A stretch of DNA of 64,000 nucleotides from Camelus ferus. Its lineage: Eukaryota. The translations under genes were made by a program, and so were the position numbers. This document shows, one piece after another, positions 26,594 through 38,787 of this stretch (the stretch's first letter is position 1; each line of letters begins with the position of its first letter). The DNA is taken from positions 120,406,001-120,470,000 of the forward strand of contig NC_045696.1 of NCBI RefSeq assembly GCF_009834535.1. Direction: 5' to 3'. A model generated the notes under the pieces. It was not told the origin of the DNA. It saw only the letters and a list, made by a program, of their open reading frames with translations, and did not search any database.

Positions 26594-27569
26594 TGTGAGA
26601 GCTGTGGGTTGAGCTTTACTCAGTGTCTTACTGAGGACTGTGGCCTGGGAGTCAACCTCTCAGATATCTTGAGGAACTGCTCTGAAGAGGTGGGGGCTGG
26701 AGAGTAGAGGCCAGTATATGTGTGATTTTGGCGAAGTCGTACATGCAATGCAGCACACCTTGGGCAGAATTTTACTGCTAGTCATAAGGAACAGATATAT
26801 CAGTTAATGATTTTATGCTTTTCTAAGTATCGGAAGATGCAAGGATCTGGTCTAACTATCTGAGGGCCTGTTTTGCCTGTTTTCCCAAAGCACAAAGTGC
26901 CCCATCCTGTTCTTTGCCCTTGAACTCCCTTCAGAGTGTACTGTAGGTCAGTGAGTCCTTGTAGAGCCAGATGGTGAGCGACATTCCTTTGGTTTCCACC
27001 CACCAAGTAACTTCCAAAATAATCATTCCTCTTTTCATTACCTCTTCTTGGAAGAAAGAGGATGGTCATGTCCCAGGTCTCGGGCAAGTCCCTGGGACAA
27101 GATGCCCAGTGAGAGTTCTTGGCTTTGAGCAGGATAGAATTCAAATAAAGTGAAAACAAGTTTACTCAGCGAGAGGCGCGTTCCTCAGGCAGAGTGTGGT
27201 CCATCTCAGAAAGGAGAGCTGCCCCGGGGTGTGAGGGCGGTTAGTTTTTATGGGCTGGGCAATTTCATATGCTAACAAGCGGGAAGATTATTCCAACGAT
27301 TTTGGGGAAGGGGTAGGGATTTACAGGAATTAGGCCACCACCCACTTTTTGGCATTTTGTGGCCAGCCTCGGAACTGTCTTGGCCCCTGTGGGCATGTTA
27401 TTTAGCATGTAACTATGTTACAATGAGCCTATGATGAGGTTCAAGGTCTACTGGGAGTCAAATCTTCTGCCATCTTGGGCCACATTTGTTCTAACCAGTT
27501 TTTGTCCTATCCTCAACGGCTGTGTCATTCGTTTAAAGGTTGTGCCCTACCCGCTTCCCTCCTGTCTCA
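26594..27569 (-). mobile_element. ERV1-like LTR sequence, apparently two LTR types joined
   Basis: 26594-27020 resembles the LTRs at 55.6-56.6 kb (ctgaggactg...cctctcagat...tgaggaactgctc). 27030-27569 matches 19205-19818, including the cttccctcctgtctCA end. Confidence 0.75.
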
Positions 27570-27759
27570 CCTGTACCTTTCTGAGCTCTTTCTCATGTCC
27601 TGAGAACCCAGCCTCCACCCTTAGGAAGCTTCCCGTTGGGGAACAGACATTAATGAGATAAATACTCAAGTGAAGTTTTCTTTTTTTTTTAAGTAATTTT
27701 TTTAAAATGTCATGATTCATGTAAGTTTGTTTCCTAATTGTTTTTACTTATGTATGGGC

Positions 27760-27970
27760 CAGTAGGTAATTAGGTTTGTTTGTTTATTTTTAAACTTTTT
27801 TTTATTGAGTTATAGTCATTTTACCGTGAAAATGAATATATGTATGTTCATATATAACTGAAAAATTGTGCTCTACACTGGTATTTATTTTTAACAGAGG
27901 CATTGGTGATTGAACCCAGGACCTCAAGCATACTAAACACACACTCTACCACTGAGTTATACCCTTCCCC
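27760..27970 (-). mobile_element. tRNA-Ala-derived SINE with a tiny L1 insert in its linker
   Basis: Head at 27897-27970 (ttgaacccaggacctc...ctctaccactgagttataccct). aggtaattaggttt block at ~27763-27777. Confidence 0.82.
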
Positions 27971-28345
27971 CTTCAAACAAAGGTTTAATCACAGATTTGA
28001 GACATGCAATGAAGAAAAATAATAAGGGGCCTTGAAAGAAAGATCACAAAGGAGACGTAATTTAGAACCTCCCTGAGAAAACAGTGTTGCCATAAAGACC
28101 CAGAGGATGAGGACCGAGCCGGGCAGAGGGCAAAAAAGCTGCCAGAGAGAACGGCAGGGGTCAGATGGGCACAGGGCAGGGTGGCTCAAATGTTGATGTG
28201 CATACACACGGCCTGGGGGCCTCCTTCCTCCGCAGACCGACTCACTGGGCTGGGGAGTCTGCGCCGTCAGCAGGCGTTGATGGCGCTCTGCGGGTGCTGA
28301 CGGTGCTGAGCTGAGAACCACACTTTGAGCAGCAACAGTATCGAG

Positions 28346-28561
28346 CAAAGTTGGGCAAGTTTTTCTGCAGAGAGCCAGGTTGTAAACATTTTAGACTTAG
28401 TGGGTCGTGCTGTCTCTGCTGCACCTACTCCACTGTGCTGTTGAGATGAAAAAGCGGACCAACATAGTATGTAAATATATGCATGGGGCTGTGTTTCGAC
28501 AAAACTTAGCTACCACAACAGAGTCCGATTTGGCTCACAGGTGATAGTTTTCTGACCCCTG
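28346..28561. mobile_element. MER58-like hAT-Charlie MITE, flanked by MER5-like remnants
   Basis: Degenerate terminal inverted repeats (...ggcaagtttttctg / tagttttctgacccctg). Body matches recalled MER58A. Confidence 0.7.
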
Positions 28562-28737
28562 CCGTAAGGGATCAGTGCTTAACTTTGGCTGTTTATTACA
28601 AGCACCTGGGTTTCAGAAAATTTCTACCACAACAGAGTCCGATTTGGCTCACAGGTGATAGTTTTCTGACCCCTGCCGTAAGGGATCAGTGCTTAACTTT
28701 GGCTGTTTATTACAAGCACCTGGGTTTCAGAAAATTT
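28510..28737. repeat. Perfect tandem duplication, 2 x 114 bp
   Basis: 28510-28623 is identical to 28624-28737. Confidence 0.97.
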
Positions 28738-29530
28738 CCACCAGTTTCTTGCTCAGGATCAACAGCATCAGAATCCCTGGAGAAGGAGCTGAGGAATTGG
28801 TAGAGTTGAAGGGCCCCCCAGGTGATGCTGAAAGCCAACGTGGCCCTTAATCTCTTTGGATAGTCCCGTATTCTTTTAGCACTGGGATAAAGGTAAAGAG
28901 AAACTGACTCCACCTCCCTTAATTCTGAGATACCATCTGTTGCCCAATAGCTTCCAAGGAAGAGAAAAAAATAAATAAATAAAACAGCAATAAACGTACA
29001 AATCTATAGTAACAGCTATCCTGATTACAGGAATGTTAAAATGGGGGGGTGCGCTTTGAATCCAGGAAATACGGTACTTTCCTATTACACAGATGAGGAA
29101 GATGAGGCTGGGAAGATGTACTGTACAGGTTGTATGATGATGTGACAAGGAGATGAGGGCAAAACACTGCGGCTTAGCTTTCTGAACTGCCTCCAGCTCC
29201 CCAAATGGGGAGCCCTTCCTTCCCCTCTGGGCCCCTGCAGGTACACGGGGGTCTCCCAGCCTTGGACTGCTTCCCCTCCTCCTTGGAGTCCCCTGTCTAG
29301 TTCCTGCTTCTCCCTCACTTCCCAGCTTAGCCATCTGCTTCTTCTGGGGGGTCTTCCCTGGGCCCACACCTGGGGAGGGGCCCCGGCTGGGAGCACCGCC
29401 AGTGACCAGAGGTTCCCCACCAAAGCCTGGTCTCTTTCTAACAGACTTACTCCCCAGGCCCTGGAGAAGTCATGGGGGCAGGGACCCAGGGACCCAGACT
29501 GCCTTGCATCATTTTATCTCTACTACCTGG

Positions 29531-31160
29531 TGTGATTTTGTCATTTATAACGGGTGTATATTTTACTGTTGGTTCCTGGTTCCTGGCTCACAGCTCCCAA
29601 ACCCTGGGAATTTCCTCAGCAATGAGAGCAGTGGGAGCATCTTTTGTTACATTTGGGTCTTTTTTTTTTTTTTTTTAACATTTTTTTATTGAGTTATAGT
29701 CAACACTGGAATTTGGTCTCTTTTTTAAATTGAAGGGTAGTTGGTTTACAGTGTTGTGTTAGTTTCTGGTGCACAGCATTGTGATTCAGTGTCAGCCGAG
29801 GGAGGCTGAAGGGGGATTCCAGGAGGTGGGCTGCCCGACTGGAAAAATGCGTGAAGAGCTGGCATGCAGCAAAACAGCCCTTTATTACAGTACAGGCGGG
29901 TGGCGCACGCGGCGGGCCGCGCTTAGGTGTACGCACTTGTCCTTTTATAATGCTAGCGCATGCGTGTTGTTCATAATGCTTACACGTGCTACTAGCTCAC
30001 GCTGTACGGTTACCTCTTACCAGGTGCAAGCTGTTGTGAACTTTGGCCTGGGCCCCACGGCCTACTCACTTAGGGCTGCCCACATTCAGTTATACATATA
30101 TATGTATATATATTCCTTTTCATAGTCTTTTTCATAGTAGGTTATTCAATACCAGGTATTGAATATAGTTCCCTGTGCTATACAGTAGAAACTTGTTGTT
30201 TATCTATTTTATACATAGTAGTTAGTATCTGCAAATCCTGAATTCCCAATTTACCCCTCCCCACCCCTCTTCTCCCCAGGAACAATAAGTTTGTTTTCTA
30301 TGTCTGTGAGTCTGTTTCTGTTTTGTGAATAAGTTCATTTGTGTCATTTTTTAGATTCCACATATAAGTGATACCATATATTTGTCTTTGTCCAACTTGC
30401 TTCACTTAGTATGGCAATCTCCAAGTCCATCCGTGTTGCTGCAAATGGCTTTAACAAAATTTGGTCTCTTGTCCTCAGTCCCTGAAATGGCTTCAGAGAC
30501 ATCAGGTGAAATGAATGTCCTGTTATTCCCAATAAGCCCCTTTCCACCAGGACTGAGTTTATGTTAAGGAGGTGACTTTTGGAAAACACCTAAAGATGGG
30601 GCGTGGTTGCTATGGGGACCAACCGCAAATAGAGAGCTGAAACTTTCAGTCCCACCCCCTGATTTCCGGTGGGTGTGAATCACCATTGGCCAATGACTCA
30701 GTCCATCATGCCTATTACAGAAGCCTCTATAAAACCTTAAGGCCTGGGTTCGGGGAGCTTCCGGGTTGGTGAACCCGCGAGGGTGCTAGGAGAGTGCTGG
30801 GCTCGAGCCCCGGGGACACGGACGCTCCAGCCCCTTCCCCACACCTTGCCCTGTGCACCTCTTCCCTCTGGCTGTTCCTGAGTTATATGCTTCTACAGTA
30901 AACCAGTCATTAAGTAAGTAAAACATCTCTCTGAGTTTTGCCACTCTAGCAAATTAACTGCACTTGAGGTGAAGATAAGGGGACTGCCTGTAGCTGTTCA
31001 GTCAGAAGCACAGGTGACAACCTGGACTTGTGATTGGCCTTTGAAGTGGGTGGGGGGGGGGTTGAGGACCAAGCCAGTCCAGTGATGTTAGGCCACTGTT
31101 TGGAGGTGGATGACCCCCGACACATCAGAATCGATGCGGAACCTCTACACCTGGTGGCTG
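29531..31160 (+). mobile_element. MER21-like LTR hosting nested L1 and LTR insertions
   Basis: TGTGAT start, ggttcctggctcacagctcccaaaccctgggaatttcct motif, later cctggacttgtgattggc motif. Host sequence resumes at 30459 after the duplicated ATTTGGTCTCTT. Confidence 0.7.
29790..30084 (-). mobile_element. Young CpG-rich solo LTR, 295 bp, 5-bp TSD TTCAG
   Basis: TG...CA termini with TTCAG at 29785-29789 and 30085-30089. Minus-strand TATAAAA (~29943-29949) and AATAAA (29881-29886) are in LTR order. Confidence 0.85.
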
Positions 31161-31254
31161 GCGAGGTCTTGGGAGCATTTGTGGAACGGATGCCCTTTGG
31201 TTCAGTCTTGCTCATTGTTACTTAACGCCGAGCTCAGCACAGTGGTTTGGAGCG

Positions 31255-31400
31255 TGGATTCTCAAAGTGTGTTCCCCAGGCCTGGTCATTAGCATCACCT
31301 GGGAGATTGTTAAAAATGCAAATCACTGGGCCCATCCCAAATGTACTGGGTGGGGCCCAGCAATTTGTTTCAGTTAAACCCTCCTGATGATTCCGGGTGA
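31255..31400. mobile_element. MER5A-like DNA transposon fragment
   Basis: ttctcaaagtgtg...agcatcacctgggagattgttaaaaatgcaaat. Confidence 0.7.
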
Positions 31401-31691
31401 GACCAGGAGCCAGACTAGCTAACTTCAAATTCTGGCTCTGTCGCTTAAAAACCGTTTGGCTCTGGGAAATGTACATTGCCTTTCTGTGTCTCAGCGTTCT
31501 CCTCTATAAAATGGAACTAATCAAAAGAATAGTAGCTACCTGAATTGGGTTTAGCAAGAGAGAGCTCTTAACCCAGCATCAGCTCACAGTAAGTGCTCCA
31601 AATAGGCTGTTAGTAGTGTTAGCTGTGCAACCATGGGAAAATTCATTAACGTCTCTGAATTTTACTTCCTTCATCTTTAAAACAAGGATAA

Positions 31692-32433
31692 TTTGTTCTA
31701 GTTCTGGGTAATTTGATAGGTAATCACATTAAATCTGTAGATTGCCTTGGGCCATATGACCATTTTAACAATATTGATTCTTCCAATCCAATTCAAGAGC
31801 ATGGGATATCTTTCCATTTCTTTAAGTCATCTTTAATTTTTTTAATCAGTGTTTTGTAGTTCTCCATGTATAAGTCTTTCATTTCCTTGGTCAGATTTAT
31901 TCCCAAGTATTTTATTGTTTTTGATGCGATTTTGAAAGGGATTGTTTCTTTACTCTCTTTTTCTGATATTTTATTGTTAGTGTAAAGAAATGCAACTGAT
32001 TTCTGTCTGTTCTTGTGTCCTGCTACTTGCTGAATTCTTTAATCAGTTGTAGTTTTACGTGGAGCTAATGCCACTCATGTGTGGAATCTAAAGAAAAAGA
32101 AAAAAGAGGACACTAATAAACTCGTCTGCAAAACAGAAACAGACTCCCAGACATAGTAAACAATCTTCTGGTTATCAGGGCAAAGCGGGTGGGAAGAAAT
32201 AAATTTGGGAGTTTGAGATTTGCAAATGTTATCTACTGTATGTGAAAATAGATTTTAAAAAAACAAATTTCTTCTGTATAGCACAAGGAATTATATTCAA
32301 TATCTTCAAATAACCGTTAATGAAAAAGAATATGAAATTGAATATATGTATGTATATGCATGACTGGGACATTCTGTTGTACACCAGAAACTGGCACGTT
32401 GTAACTGACTACGCTTCAATTGAAGAAAAAAAA
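31692..32433 (+). mobile_element. 5'-inverted L1 insertion inside a MIR
   Basis: ORF2 segment on minus (31692-32066), then 3'UTR and poly(A) on plus. AAGGATAA at 31684-31691 and 32434-32441. Confidence 0.8.
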
Positions 32434-32477
32434 AAGGATAAACTCTTTGCCTTCCAGGGTTTTGAAAGTTGAGATAT

Positions 32478-32938
32478 GTATGCTGATTAATTGATTGTAT
32501 GTGTCAGCTTGGCTGCGTTATGCATGTTTCCCAGTTACTTGGTTAAACATCAGTCAAGATGTTGCTGTGGAGGGGTTTTTAAGAAGTGACTAGCATTGAA
32601 ATCAGTAGGCTTTGAGTCAGTCAGGTTACCCTCCATGATGGGGGGCTCATCCAGTCAGCTGAAGACTATTAGGACTGAGGACTCCTGAGTCTCTAGAGAA
32701 GACAGCTTTCTCATAAAATATCAATATTTTGAACTACTAGCTCAAAGAACCCCCTACTTCAGTTATGACAAGCACATTACTCTCGAAACTGCAACCAGAA
32801 TTTCCAGCCAGCCCCACAATCACGTGTGTCAATTCCCTGTCTCTTTGACTTTCTCTCCTCTCTCTGTAGATATAAATATATATAGATATACACACACACA
32901 CCCTCTTTGTTCTATTTCTTTTGAAAGTTCTAGTACAA
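32478..32938 (+). mobile_element. MLT2-type LTR
   Basis: tatgtgtcagcttggct...gatgttgctgtggaggg...ttaccctccatgatg...ctcatccagtcagctgaag motifs. Confidence 0.7.
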
Positions 32939-32958
32939 CGTGTTAAATACGTATAGGT

Positions 32959-33182
32959 CAGGATTTCTCAACTTACATAGTTTCCCAATATTGACATTTG
33001 AGCCAATTCTGCGTTGTGCAGGACTTTCCCGTGTATTAGAGGGTGTTCAGCAGTATCCCCAGCCTCTGCCCGTTAGATGCCAGTAGCACTGCCCCCCACC
33101 CCAGCAGTAAAAATAAAAAATCTCTCTAGACATTGCTAAGTGTCCCCTGGGGGACAAGATCTCTTCCATTTGAGAACCACTG
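32959..33182. mobile_element. MER20-like hAT MITE
   Basis: Terminal inverted repeats CAGGATTTCTCAA ... TTGAGAACCACTG; tagatgccagtagcac core. Confidence 0.8.
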
Positions 33183-34401
33183 GTATCAGTAGCTGCGAAA
33201 ATGCAGGAGCCTTCCCTCCCCTAAAACCAGTGCTGCGCTGCTGCTGGTGTAGCCCCCAGGCTCTGCCCTCCTCCCATCACCGCAGGTCCATCACTGTCCA
33301 CAAAATCAGGCTCAAAACCCACTGCCACCAAGGGTGGCCCTAATAGTCCTCCCTCCGCCTCCAGATCCACTTCCACGTCTTTCTTTCCCTTGTGCACATT
33401 TCGCTCGATCACGCTGTTTACTAGCAGTCTTTTTGTAGCTTTCCATCCGTGTACTTTGCTCATTTCCACTGAATCTCCTGGAAGGAAGAGGCAGCCCTGG
33501 TGAGAGGTGTAGATGATTGTATCAGAGTCCAGATCCTGCTGTTTGCCCCCTTGTGACCTTGGGGTGGTCGCTCATTCTTGCTGAGTTTCAGCATTAGCAT
33601 CTATAAAGCAGGAGGAGTGGCATCTCCTTCATAGAGTGGTTATAGAGTACTTTTTGAACTATAAAAATAGAGGATTTCTCCTCCCCCCAAAAGCAAAACC
33701 TGAGTCTTTTTTGTAAGAGAAGAGCCAGTGTAGGGGGAGATAGGATGAAATATGACCTTGAAAAAATGCCAAATGGACAAGTACATGAATTTGCATGTCG
33801 TATTTTGTGTTTTGTTCTGATTCGTTTTCTTCTCATAGCTTTTAAAGTAATGCAGGCAAGGTCCTCTCTGTGTCCTTCTGAGGTGAACATATACATGTCC
33901 TAGTAGGGGAGTTGCCAAGGCAACGCAGTTTGTCAGCGAGTTGCCAAGTTAGTGATGTCCAGTCCCCGCCCAGAAAGGATGGCACTTAGCAATACTTCTT
34001 CCTCCCCCCAGTGACGACGTCTTTATTTCCTTAGGGAACACCCATGCTTGAAATCCAGCATTTGCCCTTCAGAACTGGCTAAAGCAGGCCTCTACCAGAA
34101 AATCCTCTGCACCCTGTGCCCCGTCCTTTGCCAAGACATCCAGATGCTGGTTTTCTAACTTCCCAGAGCTCTCGGGGCTTTGCGCACCTGCATCACAGCC
34201 CAGGTCCGCCTCCCTGGCTCCCCTGTCAGGCTGTGGGGCCACAAGGCGGAGGGCTGTGCTCACTGGATCATGTGTCCCGGGGACGGGGCGGTGTGTGGCC
34301 ACAGCAGGTGACTCACGGGCCCCAGTGCCATGTCTCCACTTCCCCGACAGGTAGGCGCCTCGAACAGCATTTCAGGAAAGCTAAGCCTAGATCTCCCTTC
34401 C

Positions 34402-34880
34402 TGTACCGGTTTATCTACTTTTGCGATAAAACCCATCCCAAAACCCAGGGGCCTGAAAACAACGTGTCTCTCATGGTTCTGTGGGCTGGCTGGGCTCTCC
34501 TGCGCGTTTCGCTCAGGGTCTCTGTCAGATCGTGGCTGAGGCCGGACCCATCAGAAAGCCTTTCCAATCACGTGGCTGGATTATCCGAGGGCTGGCCAGG
34601 TGGCTCTGGTTCTTTCCCACGTAACCCTGCCATGGGAGGAGTTTGAGCTTCCTCTCAATGTGGAAGCCCCAAAGTAGCGGAACTCCTTACATGGTGATTG
34701 GTGGCTCCTTCCCCAAGAGACCCGTGAGCCTGGATGCAAGCTGCAGGCTTCTTATATGTGGAAGTCTCACTTCTGCTGCATTCTGTGGATCAAATAAGCC
34801 ATAAGGCCAACCCAGGTTCAAAGGGAGGGAAATTAGACCCCCCTCTCAGTGAGAGCGGCAGCAGAAAATTCCACCACATT
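34402..34880 (-). mobile_element. MLT1-type MaLR LTR remnant
   Basis: cccaaaac..ggcctgaaaacaac and cacttctgctgcattct...aaggccaacccaggttcaaaggga motifs. Confidence 0.6.
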
Positions 34881-36255
34881 TTCCAACAAGTGCAGTTTCT
34901 AGTCGCTGTCAGTGATTCTCTTGCATCTCAGAGTTTTTTTGTTTTGTTTTGTTTTAAGGGACCATACATTGGAATGAAAATAGAAATTCATTTATTTGCT
35001 GTTTTGGCATCCTTAATTTCCTCACCAGATTGGTTTTCATGAGACACAAACACTCCCTTTTCAAGGGCCTGTTCGTTCCCCCTTAATTCCTGCGTTACAT
35101 CGTTCAGCGTTTCTTTTTTCCCTTCTTAGTCACGATTTCCTTGGAATATACAGAAAACTACGGAGAATAATGTAATAAGTGTTCCCAACCCAGACTGAAG
35201 GCTAACATCTTGCAATGTTTGTCTCAGACTTTGCTAAAGAAATAAAATATTCAAGTAGAGTTGAATCTCCCTGATCGCATTCTCTATGTTGCCTTCCTGG
35301 GGGACCACTGTTATTACGTTGATCTGTGTTATCCTCAGCTTTACTTTCATATACGGATGCTTTAAAGATAGTATTTTGATGTTTTCCAGAGACGGCATTT
35401 CTTCTGGGATGTCTTCCCTAATCCTCTTATCCAGAGATGGGAGTCCTATGAGTAGGTCATATCAACCTCCAACTAGTTTTCTCACTCTGTTTTTGAGATT
35501 TACTCCTACTAAAGCATGCAGAGCTAAATTATTCATTTCATGCTTGAGTGATATCCCCAAGTATGAGTTTATAGTAGTTTAATGCTTCCTGTTTCCTCTT
35601 CACATATATTCAGATAATTTGCAATTTTTATAAAAACGCGTAGCAGTGCTCTTGTGCATGCGTACCGGGGTTTCTCTAGGGCATTTACTTTAAGTGAAGT
35701 TTCTGGATCATCTTTAATTTTACTAGATATTGCCAGATTGCTCTCCTAAGTGAGTGTTTCAAATTATATTCCCACCAGGCACATAAGTGAGCTCTGATTT
35801 TCCTAACTCCCTTTCAATCCTTCGTATTGTCAATCTCTTTAATTTTTGCCAGTCTACTAGGAAGAAAATAGTACCTTTTTAAAATATTCCTTTCCCTGTT
35901 ACTGATAAGGTTAAGGATCTTTTCATGTGTCTATTGGCCATTCGGATCCCCTCTGCTGTGAATTACCTATTCATATCCGTGGTCCGCTTTCCTATTGGGT
36001 TTAGTAGTTTCTTACTGATTTGTAGAAATACTTTGTACATTCTGGATATTAATCTTTTACTGACTCAATATGCTGTTCCCACTAGTCTAGCTGCTTGTTT
36101 ATTTATGATGTCTTTTGTCAGCACTTAACATTTTAACATACTCCCATTGACTCCTTTATAGTCTGTACCTTATTGTATCTTCCTTAAGAATTTCTTCCCA
36201 ATTCGTAATGATTTTGGTTTGTATTTTGTCCTGTTGCTTTTGGAGAGTCTTTTGT

Positions 36256-38787
36256 GTTTTGTTTTGTTTTGTTTCTTACTGAAGTACAGTCAATTATAAC
36301 GTATCAATCTCTGGCGCGCAGCACGATGTTCCAGTCATGCAGGTACATACACATATTCACTTTCATATTTTTTCCATTAAAGTTTATTACAAGATATTGA
36401 ACATAGTTCCCTGTGGCATACAAAAGAAACTTTTTAAATCTATTTTTTAATATAGTGGCTAGCATTTGTAAATCACAAACTGCCAGATTTATCCCCTCCC
36501 ACCCCCTTTCCCCAGTAACCATAAGATTGTTTACCAAGTCTGCAAGTCTGTTTCTGATTTGTAGATGAGTTCATAGTGTCCTTTTTTTTTTTTTTTTTTA
36601 AGATTCCACATATGAGGATATGGTATTTTTCTTTCTCTTTCTGGCGTACTTCACTCAGAATGATGATCTCTAGGTCCATCCACGTTGCTGCAAGCAGCAT
36701 TATTTTATTTTTTATGGTAAAGTGGTATTCCATTGTATAAATACCACAACTTCTTTATCCAGTCATCTGTCCTTGGACTTTTAAGTTGATTCCATATCTT
36801 GGCTGTTGTAAATAGTGCTGCTATGAACATTAGGGTGCATGTATCTTTTCACATTGGAGTTCCCTCTGGATATATACCCAGGAGTGGGATTGCTGGATCA
36901 TACGGTAAATCTGTTTTTAGTTTTTTGAGGAATCTCCATACTGTTTTCCACAATGGCTACACCAAACTACATTCCCACCAGCAGTGTAGGAGGGTTCCCT
37001 TTTCTCCACACCCTCTGAGCATTTATCATTCATGGACTTTTGATTGATGGCCATTCTGACTGGTGTGAGGTGATACCTCATCATAGTTTTGATTTGCATT
37101 TCTCTGATAATTAGTGATACTGAGCATTTTTTTTTTTTCATGTCTGTTGGCCATTCATATGTCTTCACTGGAGAAATGCTTGTTTAGGTCTTCTGCCCAT
37201 TTTTGGATTGGGTAGTTTTTTTTTTTTTTTGTTATTAACTTGTATGAGCTGTTTATATATTCTGGAAATTAAGCCTTTGTCAGTCGGATCATTTGCAAGT
37301 ATTTTCTCCCATTCCATAGGTTGTTTTGTTTTACTTATGGTTTCTTTTGCTGTGCAAAAGCTTATGAGTTTGATTAGGTCCCATTTGTTTATTTTTGCTC
37401 TTATTTCCATTGGCTGGGTAGACTGCCCTAGGATAATGTTGCTAAGATTTATGTCAGAGAATGTTTTGCCTATGTTTTCTTCTAGGAGATACACCGTGTC
37501 TTGTATTGTATTTAAGTCTTTAAGCCATTTTGAGTTTATTTTTGCGGATGGAATGAAGGAGTGTTCTAACTTCATTGATTTACATGCTGCTATCCAGTTA
37601 TCCCAACACCACTTGCTGAAGAGACTGCCTCTACTCCATTGTATGTTCTCGCCTCCTTTGTCGAAGATTAATTGACCATATGTCTGTGGATTTATTCCTG
37701 GGCTCTCTATTCTGTTCCATAGATCCATATGTCTGTTTTTATGCCAATATTATGCTCTTTTGATTACAGTAGCTCTGTAATATCGTCTGAAGTCTGGAAG
37801 GTTATTCCAACAGCTTTGTTCTTTTTCTTTAATATTTCTTTGGCAAATCTGGGTCTTTTGTTATTCCATATAAATCTTAGGATCATTTGTTCCAGTTCTG
37901 TGAAAAATGTCCTGGATAATTTGATAGAGATCGCATTAAATCTTTAGATTGCCTTGGGTAGTATGGCCATTTTAATACTGTTGATTTTTCCAATCCAAGA
38001 GCATGGGATATCTTTCCAATTTTTTAAAGTCTTCTTTAATTTCCTTAATCAGTGTTTTGTAGTTCTCCATGTAAAAGTTCTTCACCTACTTACTTGGTCA
38101 GATTTATTCCTAAGTATTTTACTGTTTTGGATGCAATTTTAAAAGGGATTGTTTCTTTACTTTTGTTTTCTTATATTTCATTGTTAGTGTAAAGAAATGC
38201 AGCTGATTTTTGTACATTAATCTTGTATCCTGCCACCTTGCCAAATTCTTTTATTAGTTCTAGTAGTTTTTTTGTGGAGCTTTTAGGATTTTCTATACGT
38301 AGTATCATGTCATCTGCATATAGTGACAGTTTTACCTCTTTTCCAATTTGGATCCCTTTCATTTCTTTTTCTTGTCTAATTGCTATACTAGGGCTTCCAA
38401 TACTATATTGAATAGAAGTGGTGAGAGTGGGCATCCTTGTCTTGTTCCAGATTTTAGTGGGAAGGTTTTCAGTTTTTCATCATTGAGTACTATGCTGGCT
38501 GTAGGTTTGTCATAAATAGCTTTTATTATGTTGAGATATGTTCTCTCTATACCCACTTTGGTTAGAGTTTTTTTTTTTATCATAAATGGGCGTTGAATTT
38601 TATCAAATGCTTTTCCTGCATCTGTTAAAATAATCATGTGATTTTTGTCCTTTGTCTTGTTGATGTGATGTATCCCATTGATTTGCATATGTTGAACCAT
38701 CCTTGTATCCCTGGGATGAATCCAACTTGATCATGGTTTATAATCTTTTTTATGTGCTGTTGGATTCTGCTAATATTTTGTTGCGGA
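36256..38787 (-). mobile_element. 5'-truncated L1 (reverse transcriptase region to 3'UTR), 12-bp TSD
   Basis: Minus ORFs include [18 protein letters not shown] and LSLYADDM (reverse transcriptase). AGAGTCTTTTGT at 36244-36255 and 38788-38799. Frameshifted. Confidence 0.96.

Noticed and set aside
28510..28737. CRISPR-like repeat
   Set aside because: Two adjacent units with no spacers, in mammalian DNA.
34116..34646. 176-aa ORF
   Set aside because: No known motif, and it runs into a MaLR LTR remnant.
37165..38700. Reverse-transcriptase-like ORFs as a novel retroelement system
   Set aside because: Ordinary frameshifted, 5'-truncated L1 ORF2 bounded by a TSD.
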